A stretch of 64,000 nt of DNA from an uncultured Acidobacteriota bacterium (lineage in GTDB: Bacteria; Acidobacteriota; Thermoanaerobaculia; Gp7-AA8), in assembly GCA_963741955.1 (NCBI GenBank), contig CAVUKB010000004.1, positions 224,001-288,000 on the forward strand. Reading direction: 5' to 3'. Numbering within the stretch: the first letter of the stretch is position 1; every line of letters begins with the position of its first letter. The notes under the pieces are model-generated. The model was not told the DNA's origin and ran no database searches. It saw only the letters and a list, made by a program, of their open reading frames with translations. Below are positions 19,601 to 28,215 of the stretch, piece after piece. A program made the translations under genes and the position numbers.

Positions 19601-20992
19601 GAAGAACTGATCGTTCAGCCCCGACTGATTGTTGATCTTGACCTTGGCGGACCAGGTGTTGCCGCCGTCGGTCGAGCGCTGGAAGAAGACTCGGGTTTTG
19701 CAGGTCGAGCTGGCATTCGTTCCAGGGCCGCCCCCGCTCGTGCATCCGCTGTCTCCGGAGAGATCGTTCCAGACCACATAGACGTTATTCGTGCTCGAGG
19801 TGCGGTAGACGCCGACGATGCTGGCGATCAGCACCTGCCTGCTGGCATCTGCGGGAATGGCGATCTGGAAACTGCCGTAGGTGCTGGCGACGGTGGCCGG
19901 GCTGGACCAGCTGCTGCCGCCGTTGGTCGACTTTACCAGGTAGATCTTCTTCGACCCTGTGTCGGGCCACATCCCGACGACGTCGCCGTAGCTGTTGCTC
20001 TTGATGTCGGCGCCGATCGCGGTGCCGGTGGTCTCCGAGCCGGAGACCTTCAGCGGACTTCCCCAGCCGCTGCCCGTGTGGCGGCTGATGTAAGCCGGCG
20101 CACCGTTGTGATAGATGGCGTAGATGTTGTCTTTGTACGGCGAGCTGTTGCTGTGGTCCGTCCAAATCATCTGCTTGTCGGTCGAAGTCTGCGATCCGGA
20201 GAAAGTGGCGTCGTAGTTCCAGCTCGCGCCATTGTCGGTCGACTTGTAGGCGCGCATGTGGAGGACCGATCCGCCCGAGTTGATGCCGATGGTCGTGGAC
20301 CACGCGGTGCCGTCGGAGGTCCAGTCGACGGTCGGGTCGGACATGAACGCGTCACCGAGGCTGCTCTGCAGCGGAAGGTAATTCTGGTTCCAGGTCTGGC
20401 CGCCGTCGGTGGAGAACCACTGCGCCTGCTGTCCGCTGCTGCTGATGTTGTTGGAGGCGCCGATGATGAGGTTGGGGTTCCAGTAGTTGACGCGGATGTC
20501 CGACTCACTGCGCGGCGAGGACTGCGCCCCGGAGAGACGGACGTTCGTTCCGGCGGCGAACGTCATCGATTCGAGCTCGTCCGAGCCCTGGCCGCGGCTG
20601 TTGTCGAAGTTCTGGTGGGACTGCATCCACTCGTAGACTTCGTGGAGGACGAGCGGATAGCAGCCGCCGTACGTTCGGTCGAAACCGCCCCCCTGCAGCC
20701 GGACGATCCGGCATCTGGTTTCCGGGTGCTGCTCCCGCCAGTACGTTCGCAACCAGTAAGGGATGTTGCGCCCGTCGTTGAGCTCCTGCGGGAAGAGCTT
20801 CGACGTGAGGACCGGCTCGGGGCCGTACCGCATGATCAGAGCCTCGAGGGCCGTCCCATGTTTTGCGCCAGCCTGTGCAACCTGCTGGGCCACGGTCGGC
20901 CAGTGGGCGCTGCCGGGCGGCGTGGCCTGGCCCGCCGCGATTCCTGCGCTGATCATAGAAACAAAGATGGCGGTGACGAATAACTTTCGCAT
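16619..20992 (-). CDS. Large secreted modular protein: BNR/sialidase-like propeller, four FN3 domains, two copies of an unnamed Cys-containing domain, C-terminal CBM-like domain
   Basis: Signal peptide; Asp-boxes (STDGGQTW, STDNGASW, STNGGSSW, STDGGNTW, SNDGGQTW); PAAPTGV...YYYVVQASN FN3 repeats; NPGFETG C-terminal domain. Confidence 0.85.
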   Translation of the reverse strand: MRKLFVTAIFVSMISAGIAAGQATPPGSAHWPTVAQQVAQAGAKHGTALEALIMRYGPEPVLTSKLFPQELNDGRNIPYWLRTYWREQHPETRCRIVRLQGGGFDRTYGGCYPLVLHEVYEWMQSHQNFDNSRGQGSDELESMTFAAGTNVRLSGAQSSPRSESDIRVNYWNPNLIIGASNNISSSGQQAQWFSTDGGQTWNQNYLPLQSSLGDAFMSDPTVDWTSDGTAWSTTIGINSGGSVLHMRAYKSTDNGASWNYDATFSGSQTSTDKQMIWTDHSNSSPYKDNIYAIYHNGAPAYISRHTGSGWGSPLKVSGSETTGTAIGADIKSNSYGDVVGMWPDTGSKKIYLVKSTNGGSSWSSPATVASTYGSFQIAIPADASRQVLIASIVGVYRTSSTNNVYVVWNDLSGDSGCTSGGGPGTNASSTCKTRVFFQRSTDGGNTWSAKVKINNQSGLNDQFFPWMVVDETTGKIGVTYYDTVGDSSRTSANIYYQSSNDGGQTWTTPLKVTTASTNETTSGADSGNQYGDYATVSGINGQFWPSWTDRRSGGKEEIWSAKVIDDSGSSCTPPAAPTGVSASSSSQSGATVSWTASSGATSYIILRSNASGGPYSQAGTSTSTSFTDTGLSCNTTYYYVVQASNGTCASGNSAQAQATTSTCSSGGALTASYDSSRKAPSCGSTVGSSCDTGASLILGRDSLSGGAEPNQPNTINSSCADGSSGSFHSDESLDRLEIETTDGSSFAAGKSVKVTATVWAYSTYSSDHLDLYYAADASNPTWTLIGTINPTGSGAQTLTATYTLPAGSMQAIRGTFRYNGSASSCTTGSYDDHDDLIFAVGGGSGCTPPAAPTGVSASSSSQTSATVSWNASSGATSYTILRSTTSGGPYTQAGTSTSTSFSDSGLTCNTTYYYVVQASNGTCASGNSSQAQATTASCPCTPPAAPTGVGASSSSQTSATVSWNASSGATSYAIFRSTTSGGPYSQAGTSTSTSFSDSGLTCNTTYYYVVQASNGTCASGNSAQAQATTAACGGGGALTATYDSSRKAPSCGSTVGTSCDTGASLILGRDSLSGGAEPNQPNTINSSCADGSSGSFHSDESLDRLEIETTDGSSFAAGKSVKVTATVWAYSTYSSDHLDLYYAADASNPTWTLIGTINPTGSGAQTLTATYTLPAGSMQAIRGTFRYNGSASSCTTGSYDDHDDLIFAVGGGSGCTPPAAPTGVSARSSSQTSATVSWNASSGATSYSILRSTTSGGPYTQAGTSTSTSFSDSGLTCGTTYYYVVQASNGTCASGNSAQAQATTAACSGGGNAFANPGFETGSLSSWTTTGASESASTALAHSGTYSARLGSTSPTNGDSTISQTVTMPAGTSTVTFSYYLTCPDTVTYDWFTATLKDNTTGTTTTLLGKTCTNNSTWHQVTGNATAGHSITLTLTSHDDNYSGDATLTYVDDIATQ
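17078..19280. repeat. Intragenic tandem duplication, 1107-bp period
   Basis: About 17078-17890 is nearly identical to 18185-18997; flanking FN3 copies are more diverged. Confidence 0.9.
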
Positions 20993-21056
20993 TGTGTTTC
21001 GTACTCCAATTCTTCAGTTTTCGACAGTTTTTGGAGGAAGACCTGGGGCCGCCCCG

Positions 21057-21072
21057 AGCAACGGACGTGCCA
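21057..21072 (-). promoter_or_regulatory. Sigma-54 promoter (-24/-12)
   Basis: TGGCACGTCCGTTGCT matches the TGGCACG-N4-TTGCW consensus, about 65 nt upstream of the 1457-aa gene. Confidence 0.8.
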
Positions 21073-21257
21073 CGGCAGGAGAGATGTATGAAGTCATGTT
21101 GGATCAGTGACTTACTCGTCAAGGGAGGCACGGTTGGGGTTCACGAAGGATCGCCGGCTGACCCATTTCGCGAGGAAAGAGGGTCAACTGTTGACGGAGT
21201 GGGTCGGAAGAGGGAACCGCGGCGGCTTCGCGACAGTCGTGTTGGTGCGGAATCCCA

Positions 21258-21674
21258 TTACAGTGTTGTCAGGAGCGCGTCTTTCTGCAGCCGGCGAAGC
21301 CGCTTCATGGCGCGAGATGCGGCCTCGACCGGAACGAAGAGGTGGTCGTGCCGCGCGGCCGCGACCACGTTGCAGCTCATTCCTTCCTCGGTCAGAGCCG
21401 CCGCGACGGCGGACGTGAGGCCGACTGCGCCGAGGTCGGAGTGGACCTCGAGCGTGATCCAGGCGCAGCGAAACAGCGGCTCGAGACCATCCGCCTGGGC
21501 AGCGGACTCCTCGACGATCACGGTCATCCCTTCCGCTTCGCGGAACGTGGCCAGAGGAACGAGCCCATCGAGCGGCCGATCGAAAGGAACGGATGCGAAG
21601 ATCCACACTCCGTCGTTGAGAAGCGGATCGAGCGTGCGCAGAATCGTGGAAAGATCCGACAGTGGCTTCGTCAC
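21258..21674 (-). CDS. ACT domain-containing protein
   Basis: FREAEGMTVI, ITLEVHSDLGAVGLT, CNVVAAARHDHLFV; overlaps the upstream gene by GTGA. Confidence 0.85.
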   Translation of the reverse strand: MTKPLSDLSTILRTLDPLLNDGVWIFASVPFDRPLDGLVPLATFREAEGMTVIVEESAAQADGLEPLFRCAWITLEVHSDLGAVGLTSAVAAALTEEGMSCNVVAAARHDHLFVPVEAASRAMKRLRRLQKDALLTTL

Positions 21675-22306
21675 GACGTCTTCTTTCCTTTATGGCTGTT
21701 GGACGAAGGTCCGGGTTGGCGCCGCAGCGGGCCCACGCGAAGGCCGGCGGCCGAATCGTAGATCAACGTCCGAAGGCGCCGGGCTCTCGTCTCTTCGCGC
21801 TTCGCGCTCCTGATCCAGAAAGCAGCGATCTTCCGATAGCCGAGGGGCTGAGCGCTGAAGAACTCCCACGCTCTTTCGTTCTTGCGGATCTCTTTCAACT
21901 CTTCCGTCGTGAGCGTCGCCGTTTGCCTCTGCTCGAACGAATAGATCCCCGACTTCTTTTCGTCACGCGCTTCGAATGCGGCGACGCCGGCGGGCTTCAT
22001 GCGGCCGAGTCGCGTCAGTTCCTCCACCCGCCGGATGTTGACGAGGCTCCATGTGCTTCGCTTCTTTCGTGGAGTGAAGCGGATCGTGTAGCGCTCTGCG
22101 TCGATCGATTTCCGCACCCCGTCGATCCATCCATAACAGAGCGCCTCGTCGACCGACTGGGGCCAGGTCATGCTCGGTTTTCCGCTCTTCGTCTTATGGA
22201 AGCCGACCCAGAGATGGTCCGTGCTCGCGTGATGACGCGCGAGCCAGCGTCGGAACTCCTCGGGAGTCTCGAAGAACGTCGGGTCGGGAGTCTCGGAGTG
22301 CTTCAT
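21671..22306 (-). CDS. YdeI/OmpD-associated family protein
   Basis: EALCYGWIDG, FTPRKKRSTWS, AKREETRARRL. Confidence 0.9.
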   Translation of the reverse strand: MKHSETPDPTFFETPEEFRRWLARHHASTDHLWVGFHKTKSGKPSMTWPQSVDEALCYGWIDGVRKSIDAERYTIRFTPRKKRSTWSLVNIRRVEELTRLGRMKPAGVAAFEARDEKKSGIYSFEQRQTATLTTEELKEIRKNERAWEFFSAQPLGYRKIAAFWIRSAKREETRARRLRTLIYDSAAGLRVGPLRRQPGPSSNSHKGKKTS

Positions 22307-22325
22307 CGGGGATTAGGATATACGC
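22307..22325. promoter_or_regulatory. 19-bp bidirectional promoter with overlapping -10 boxes
   Basis: TAGGAT (+, 22314-22319) is 6 nt before ATG 22326; TATCCT (-, 22320-22315) is 8 nt before ATG 22306. Confidence 0.65.
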
Positions 22326-22847
22326 ATGCCACCGAGAGCGATCATCGGAGTGATGGGGCGCGGCAGCGATGCGTCCGCGGAGGACGTTCACCTCGCGGAA
22401 GAGGTGGGCGAGCGGATCGCGCGGGAGGGATGGATCCTTCTGACCGGAGGGCGGCGGGAGGGAGTGATGGGGGCGGCGAGTCGCGGAGCGAAGCGGGTCG
22501 AGGGATCGCTGACCGTCGGCATCCTTCCCGGAGGCGATCGCAGCGGAATGGCGCCGGACGTCGATGTCCCGATCGTGACCGGGATGGGGAGCGCGCGCAA
22601 CAACGTCAACGCGCTTTCCTCCGACGTCGTCATCGCGTGCGGGGAGGGAGGTCCCGGAACGATCTCGGAGATCGCGCTGTCGATCAAGACCGGCAAGCCG
22701 GTGGTCCTGCTGCGTCCCGCTCTCGCGGTGTACGAGATGTTCGCCCCGATCGCTCCGGTGCATCCGGCCGATTCCGTCGACGAAGCGATCGCAATCGTGA
22801 GAGCGATCATCGCGGGGCGGAGCAGCTATAATTCGAGCTCATCATGA
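22326..22847 (+). CDS. TIGR00725/LOG-like Rossmann-fold protein
   Basis: LLTGGRREGVMGAASRGA, TGMGSARN, GPGTISEIALS. Confidence 0.88.
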   Translation: MPPRAIIGVMGRGSDASAEDVHLAEEVGERIAREGWILLTGGRREGVMGAASRGAKRVEGSLTVGILPGGDRSGMAPDVDVPIVTGMGSARNNVNALSSDVVIACGEGGPGTISEIALSIKTGKPVVLLRPALAVYEMFAPIAPVHPADSVDEAIAIVRAIIAGRSSYNSSSS

Positions 22848-22880
22848 AGGTCGCGATCCTCTCGTTGGTCGTAGCCCGCA

Positions 22881-23045
22881 TTTCTCACACCATCTCTGCT
22901 GCGGAGGCGGATAGCGGCCTGTCTGCTGCGTTGAGCCCCGCTGCGGCTCCTCAACATAGTCACTACTATGCCTTCGTCGCCGAAGCGAGGCGCGCCTTGC
23001 ATCCAGGCTACTCTCCGCCTCCTCGCGACGAGATGGTGTGAGAAA
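22881..23045. mobile_element. Palindromic MITE-like element with 16-bp perfect terminal inverted repeats
   Basis: TTTCTCACACCATCTC / GAGATGGTGTGAGAAA; internal GGAGGCGGA/TCCGCCTCC; central CATAGT-CACT-ACTATG hairpin. Confidence 0.7.
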
Positions 23046-23322
23046 CGGTCGCGCCGCTCACTGAATCACGCATCCGCGTCGCGGGTCCCGATTCGCTTCT
23101 CACGGTTTGCGGTCTGCCTCAGGCCGGAGCGTTCCTGTTGAAGACGGACGGTCCGCTCGCGATCGTAGGGTCGGTGATCGACCGGAGCTCGGGGGACGCG
23201 CGAACGGTTCTGCCGGTGCCCCTTCCGTAGAGCTCAGATCCGACCATTCAGCAGTACGTACGCCGTCGGAACGCGGGCACGCTTCCTCCCGCGGGATGCT
23301 GCTCCTCCGCTACAATCGTGTG

Positions 23323-24192
23323 ATGTCGCGGAGAATCGCATTCCAGGGAGAGAGGGGCGCGTTCAGCGAGGAGGCCGCGCGCCGCTTGCTCGCTGATGGC
23401 GTGGAGACGATCGCGTGTCCATCGTTCGAGGCGATGTTCGAAGCCGTGGCGGAGGGAACTGCCGACTGCGCGATGGTACCGATCGAGAATGCTCTCGCCG
23501 GATCCGTGCATCGAAACTACGATCTTCTTGCCGAACATCACCTGACGATCGCCCGCGAGAGCTATCTGCGGATCGTGATGAACCTGATCGCGCGACCCGG
23601 GGCGAAGCTCGAGCAGCTACGCCGCGTTCGTTCGCATCCGGTCGCGCTGGCACAGTGCCAGCGGTTTCTCGGCGCGCATCCGGAGCTCGAAGCCGAGCCG
23701 GCGTACGACACGGCCGGAAGCGTGAAGCTGATGATGAAGTCGGGTGATCCCGCGGAGGCCGCGATCGCAGGGCCGTCTGCAGCGTCGATCTACGGCGCGG
23801 AGATCGTGGTTCCGGAGATCGAGGACCACAAGCGCAACTACACGCGCTTTCTCCTTTTGACGCATCCGGAGAACGTCGCGTGGTATCAGGACCAGAACGC
23901 CGAGGAGTGGAAGACGTCGATCGTCTTTCGAACGCCGGACCGTCCCGGCGCGCTCTTCCGCGCCCTCGCGGTGTTCGCGCTGCGCGACGTGAATCTGTCG
24001 AAGATCGAGTCCCGTCCGATCGAGGGACGCCCGTGGGAGTACACGTTCTACCTCGATCTGATCGGGCGGATCACGGACCGGCCGGTCGAGCGCGCGCTGG
24101 CGCATCTCGAGGAGATGGCGGAAAGCCTTCGGGTGCTCGGTTCGTATCCGCGTGGGGAGGGGGAGGAGCGGACTCAGGCTACGGATGCGTGA
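23323..24192 (+). CDS. pheA: Prephenate dehydratase
   Basis: FQGERGAFSE, PIENALAGSV, SHPVALAQC, NYTRF, ACT domain LSKIESRP. ATG is 6 nt after TACAAT. Confidence 0.95.
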   Translation: MSRRIAFQGERGAFSEEAARRLLADGVETIACPSFEAMFEAVAEGTADCAMVPIENALAGSVHRNYDLLAEHHLTIARESYLRIVMNLIARPGAKLEQLRRVRSHPVALAQCQRFLGAHPELEAEPAYDTAGSVKLMMKSGDPAEAAIAGPSAASIYGAEIVVPEIEDHKRNYTRFLLLTHPENVAWYQDQNAEEWKTSIVFRTPDRPGALFRALAVFALRDVNLSKIESRPIEGRPWEYTFYLDLIGRITDRPVERALAHLEEMAESLRVLGSYPRGEGEERTQATDA

Positions 24193-25813
24193 CGCTGCGT
24201 CGACGCGGCGGCGCCGGACGCCACTCGTACGCGCCGATGTCGGGGAGGGCGTCGCGCGGCGCTCCCGCGAAGTCGATGCGTGGCGCTCCTTCCGTCGTAC
24301 CGGCGTTGATTGCGGGACTCGACGCGAGCAGGCGCGCGTCGAATGAGCTCGCGCCCGGTCCGACCAATCCGGGAGGTGCGCCGCAGATCGCATGCGAGCC
24401 CGGGCATGCGTCATCCTTCACTCCGTACACCAGGACGAAGGCGACGTCGAACGGATCGTGTGGAAAGGTCTCCTGATACATCACGCAGGAGCGGTCGGTC
24501 GGGTCGAGAAACTCCTGTTCGCCGATGAGGATGTCGTTTCGGAGCACCACCCCCTCCGACCCGTTGCACTGGCTGAGCTCAGAACAACCCGCGAGGACGA
24601 CGCAATCGCCTTCGCTGGTGACCGTCGAATTGACGACCGAGACGCGATCGCCTTTCCACAGATCGAGCGAGAGCGTGTTCCCGACAGCTCTGCAGGGATC
24701 CACGTTGAATGTGAAGGGCTGACCCTCGAAGAATCCGCAGTTCCCGACTGCGATGACGTTCTCGAGGATGGCCGGGCCCGATGTCTTGATCTGGTTTCCC
24801 GCATTCCCTTCCGCGATCGTTCTTCGAATCTCGATGGATGACCCAGGGCGGGCGTAGAGAAGGTCGAGTCCATCGGATGTGTTGTGGAGGAACGCCGACT
24901 CCTCGATGATCCAGTGTCCCTGGGTTGCGCCGGTACCGACGCCGTCGCCGTAGCCACCGGCGGTTTGGGCCCAGCATTCGACCGGCTGCCTCCCTGGCCA
25001 CGTCTCGCCGCAGCCGTTCCATTCGACCGTCCACCTCGTAAAGCGGAGAGTCCCTGAGTTCGAGTCGTCGCCGTCGATGTCCCCGTCCCATCCCGACCAG
25101 CCGTTCGCGGCGATCCGGACGTTCTCGACTGTCCAGTCCTTCAATCGTCCCGCGTGGACTCCCGTCCCCGCCAGTCCGTGAATGTCGAGGTCTTTGAGCG
25201 TGACATTCGATGAATCGGCGGCGTAGATGCGGCGCACCGCCCACGGGCCGAATGGCGGCGCGTCCCTCTCGCAGGTGATGGGGCCGCTGTGCGATTCGAC
25301 GCAGCCGGAGTGGTCGGTGACCTCGAGACACGCGATCTCGACGTTGCTCGACCCGTCGAGGTTCAGCACCGTGTCGACTCGCTCGGTTCCCCAGAGCTCC
25401 GGTTTCCTCACGCAGCCGCTCGATTCTCGGCGGCCGACGATCCGCGTCGGATGCGTTTCGTCCGGTCCGCTCGGGATCGGCGGCATCAGGCACGCGAATG
25501 CTCCCTCCGGCTCGCAGTTTCCCGTCTCCGGCGCTCCGATACCGATCATGTAGGAGCCGTCCGAGATGATCAGCGTGTCGCCTCCTGCGATTCGAATCGT
25601 TCCTTCGGGCGGCAGGGCACGGAACGGATGATCCCACGCGCACGCCTGAGCGGTGCCCGCTCCAGGATAAGGAGCATCAGCGAGACCGGTGCACTGTTCG
25701 GCGGAGCCGCCATCGGTGCGGACGTAGTAAGTCGCGGCGGATGCTGCAGTCGCGACGAAGATCGAGAGTGCGAACAACAGGCGAATGCGTGGTGAGAAAG
25801 CGCGCGAGAACAT
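24179..25813 (-). CDS. Secreted right-handed beta-helix protein with choice-of-anchor-Q-like end and an RRRSVTHP tail
   Basis: Signal peptide, ATYYVRTDGG start, Gly/Asn/Asp-rich repeats, SPAINAG...PDIGAYE; GGAGG RBS. Confidence 0.85.
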   Translation of the reverse strand: MFSRAFSPRIRLLFALSIFVATAASAATYYVRTDGGSAEQCTGLADAPYPGAGTAQACAWDHPFRALPPEGTIRIAGGDTLIISDGSYMIGIGAPETGNCEPEGAFACLMPPIPSGPDETHPTRIVGRRESSGCVRKPELWGTERVDTVLNLDGSSNVEIACLEVTDHSGCVESHSGPITCERDAPPFGPWAVRRIYAADSSNVTLKDLDIHGLAGTGVHAGRLKDWTVENVRIAANGWSGWDGDIDGDDSNSGTLRFTRWTVEWNGCGETWPGRQPVECWAQTAGGYGDGVGTGATQGHWIIEESAFLHNTSDGLDLLYARPGSSIEIRRTIAEGNAGNQIKTSGPAILENVIAVGNCGFFEGQPFTFNVDPCRAVGNTLSLDLWKGDRVSVVNSTVTSEGDCVVLAGCSELSQCNGSEGVVLRNDILIGEQEFLDPTDRSCVMYQETFPHDPFDVAFVLVYGVKDDACPGSHAICGAPPGLVGPGASSFDARLLASSPAINAGTTEGAPRIDFAGAPRDALPDIGAYEWRPAPPRRRSVTHP

Positions 25814-26110
25814 GTCCCACCTCCGGTGTGAATCGTTCGAACGAAGAACAACCTATGTCGGTAGCGCGGCGGAAGCAAAGGGCGGAGGTTGTGATCGGAT
25901 CTCGGACTTGGAGAGTACGAACTTGTCTACGACCTTTCCGGTGGGATGGGGATCTCGATCTTCCGTGCGCCTCCAGGCCCGAACTTCGTCCGAATCGGAT
26001 GCCCGTGGACTGACGCGCACGGCAACACGAGGTGACGCCCTTAGGGCTGATTCGATTGCGACGTTGGCGTCGAGAACCAGGTACTCTTCGATCCGAGATC
26101 CGAAATCGCC

Positions 26111-28042
26111 TCACGCGTTTCCGATGTGCGGATTCTGCTCCGGATGGCCGAACTCGAGGCCCCATCGCGAATGCTCCAGCCAGTCGACGAGGCCATCGGC
26201 GGGAACGGGTCTGCTGAGATAGTAGCCTTGCGCCATATCGCATCCCCAGTCGAGAAGGCGCATCCACGCTTCCCGCGTTTCCACCCCCTCCGCGACCACC
26301 TGCCGCCCGAGGTTGTGTGCGAGATCGATGGTGGCCCGGACGATCGCCGCGTCACTCTCGCTCTCCTCCATCCCCATGACGAACGACTTGTCGATCTTGA
26401 TCTCGTCGAAAGGGATCTGGCGCAACGTGGTGAGGGAGGAAAAGCCGGTCCCGAAGTCGTCGAGTGAGAGGCTGACGCCGAAGGTCTTGAGCAGAGAAAG
26501 GACCGCCTGCGCGCGTGGCGGGTCGGCCATCAGGCTGCTCTCCGTGATCTCGATCTTGAGCGACTCCGGTTCGAGATTCCACCGCTCGACGAGCCCGACC
26601 ACCATGTCCGGGAGCGAAGGATCCTGAAGGCTCTCCGGAGAGAGGTTGACCGCGACGTTCATCGGCAGTCCCTTGTCGCGCCACTCCCGGCACTGGCGGA
26701 GAGCCGCGTTCATCACCCACCAGGTGACGGGGCGGATCAGTCGCATCTTCTCCGCGACCGGGATGAACTGATCGGGATAGATCATTCCGCGCTGTGGATG
26801 CTGCCATCGCACCAGCACCTCGGCACGAGTGGCGACGCCGGTCTTCATGCGGACCTTCGGCTGGTAGTGCAGAACGAGCTCCGACTGCTCGATCGCACGG
26901 CGAAGCTCGGTCGCGAGCTCGAGATAGCCCGACGGGCCACTCTCCTGGTCGGGCGAATAGACTGCCAGTCCGGTGCGGCTCTGCTTGGCGCGGTACATCG
27001 CCATGTCCGCACACCGGAGGAGTGACGCCGCGTCCGTCGCGTGTGCAGGCGATACGGCGATGCCGAGACTCGCGCTTATGGGAAGTTTTCTGCCATCGAG
27101 AATGAAGGGAGTGTCGAGAGTCTTGAGCAGCTTGGTCGCGACTTCCATTGCGGAATCGGCATCGACGACCTGTGGAAGGAGTACCGCGAACTCGTCGCCT
27201 CCCACCCGTGCGATCGTGTCCGACTTCCGGATGATGCCGCGCAGACGCATTCCGACCTGCCGCAGGAGGAGATCGCCCTGCTGGTATCCGAGCTCATCGT
27301 TCACTTCCTTGAAGCGATCGAGATCGAGGACCATCAGTGCAACCGGAATGAGCGTTCTGGGCTGCGAGATCACCGCTCGTTCCAGACGGTCGAAAAAGAG
27401 TATTCGATTGGGAAGGCCGGTCACCTGATCGTGATGCGCCTGATGTTCGAGCGCGAGCATCCGCTCCGCCCGTTCGCCTGCGTTTCGAATGAAGACCACC
27501 CAATGACTCAGGACCTGACCCCCGTCACGGATCGGAGAGGCTTCGATCTCCACCGGGAGCTCCCGTTCGGTACCGTCGAACAGGCGCGACTCTCCCCGGA
27601 AGGGAATCGCGTAAAAGAGGCTCTGCATCAGTTTCTCGTAAGCCGAGCCCTCCTGGGCGAAGCAGAGCGAGTCGAGAGTCTGGGCGATCACTTCCTCCCG
27701 CCGCAGTCCAGACATCCGGAGGAAGGCGTCGTTCACCCAGGCGATTCGCGGCCCTTCGCGCTCGACTGCCGGAGTGAGGATCAGGATGCCGTCCGTGGCG
27801 CTCTGGACCGCGCTCCCGAGGAGTCGAAGCTGCTCGAGTGCGAGCCGGAGTGTGGAGATCTGACGCTGGAGCTCACTGTTGCTCAACAGAAGCCGGTTCG
27901 TGGCGAGATCCTGAGAGGGTGAACCGTTCGCCGCCGCAGGAGCAGTCGCGGTGAGCGCGATGTGCTTCCACTTGTCGAGCTCGGCCGTCAATTGCTCGAG
28001 CTGACTCTTGAGCAGATCAATGGATGGTTGAACTTGCGTCAT
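26111..28042 (-). CDS. PAS-GGDEF-EAL diguanylate cyclase/phosphodiesterase
   Basis: HDQVTGLPNR, RKSD I-site plus GGDEF, EVLVRW, DDFGTGFSS, VVAEGVE. Confidence 0.93.
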   Translation of the reverse strand: MTQVQPSIDLLKSQLEQLTAELDKWKHIALTATAPAAANGSPSQDLATNRLLLSNSELQRQISTLRLALEQLRLLGSAVQSATDGILILTPAVEREGPRIAWVNDAFLRMSGLRREEVIAQTLDSLCFAQEGSAYEKLMQSLFYAIPFRGESRLFDGTERELPVEIEASPIRDGGQVLSHWVVFIRNAGERAERMLALEHQAHHDQVTGLPNRILFFDRLERAVISQPRTLIPVALMVLDLDRFKEVNDELGYQQGDLLLRQVGMRLRGIIRKSDTIARVGGDEFAVLLPQVVDADSAMEVATKLLKTLDTPFILDGRKLPISASLGIAVSPAHATDAASLLRCADMAMYRAKQSRTGLAVYSPDQESGPSGYLELATELRRAIEQSELVLHYQPKVRMKTGVATRAEVLVRWQHPQRGMIYPDQFIPVAEKMRLIRPVTWWVMNAALRQCREWRDKGLPMNVAVNLSPESLQDPSLPDMVVGLVERWNLEPESLKIEITESSLMADPPRAQAVLSLLKTFGVSLSLDDFGTGFSSLTTLRQIPFDEIKIDKSFVMGMEESESDAAIVRATIDLAHNLGRQVVAEGVETREAWMRLLDWGCDMAQGYYLSRPVPADGLVDWLEHSRWGLEFGHPEQNPHIGNA

Positions 28043-28215
28043 GCGGTTCGACAGGGGGGCGCTTCGGCCTTTGAGTCAACCCGGCCAGTGTAGAACAAAA
28101 GTGCAGAATCCGCTTCCGCAAATTTCGACACCCATCCGCGCATCACAAGCGTCCTTCCTCCCTGTGAGAAGAACGGGTCGGCGGCTCCTGCAGGTTTGGA
28201 TTGAGAGGGTTCGCG

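Noticed and set aside
22844-23041. 65-aa ORF after the TIGR00725 gene
   Set aside because: It lies almost entirely within the palindromic MITE-like element.
23046-23310. Possible ncRNA or riboswitch upstream of pheA (CTGAAT/ATTCAG ends, GCAAACC on the minus strand)
   Set aside because: No convincing match to 6S, tmRNA, RNase P, c-di-GMP or c-di-AMP consensus, and pheA looks leaderless. An Rfam scan would settle it.
25820-26110. Gene remnant or RNA element between the beta-helix and GGDEF-EAL genes
   Set aside because: No recognisable coding motif, repeat or stable structure by eye.
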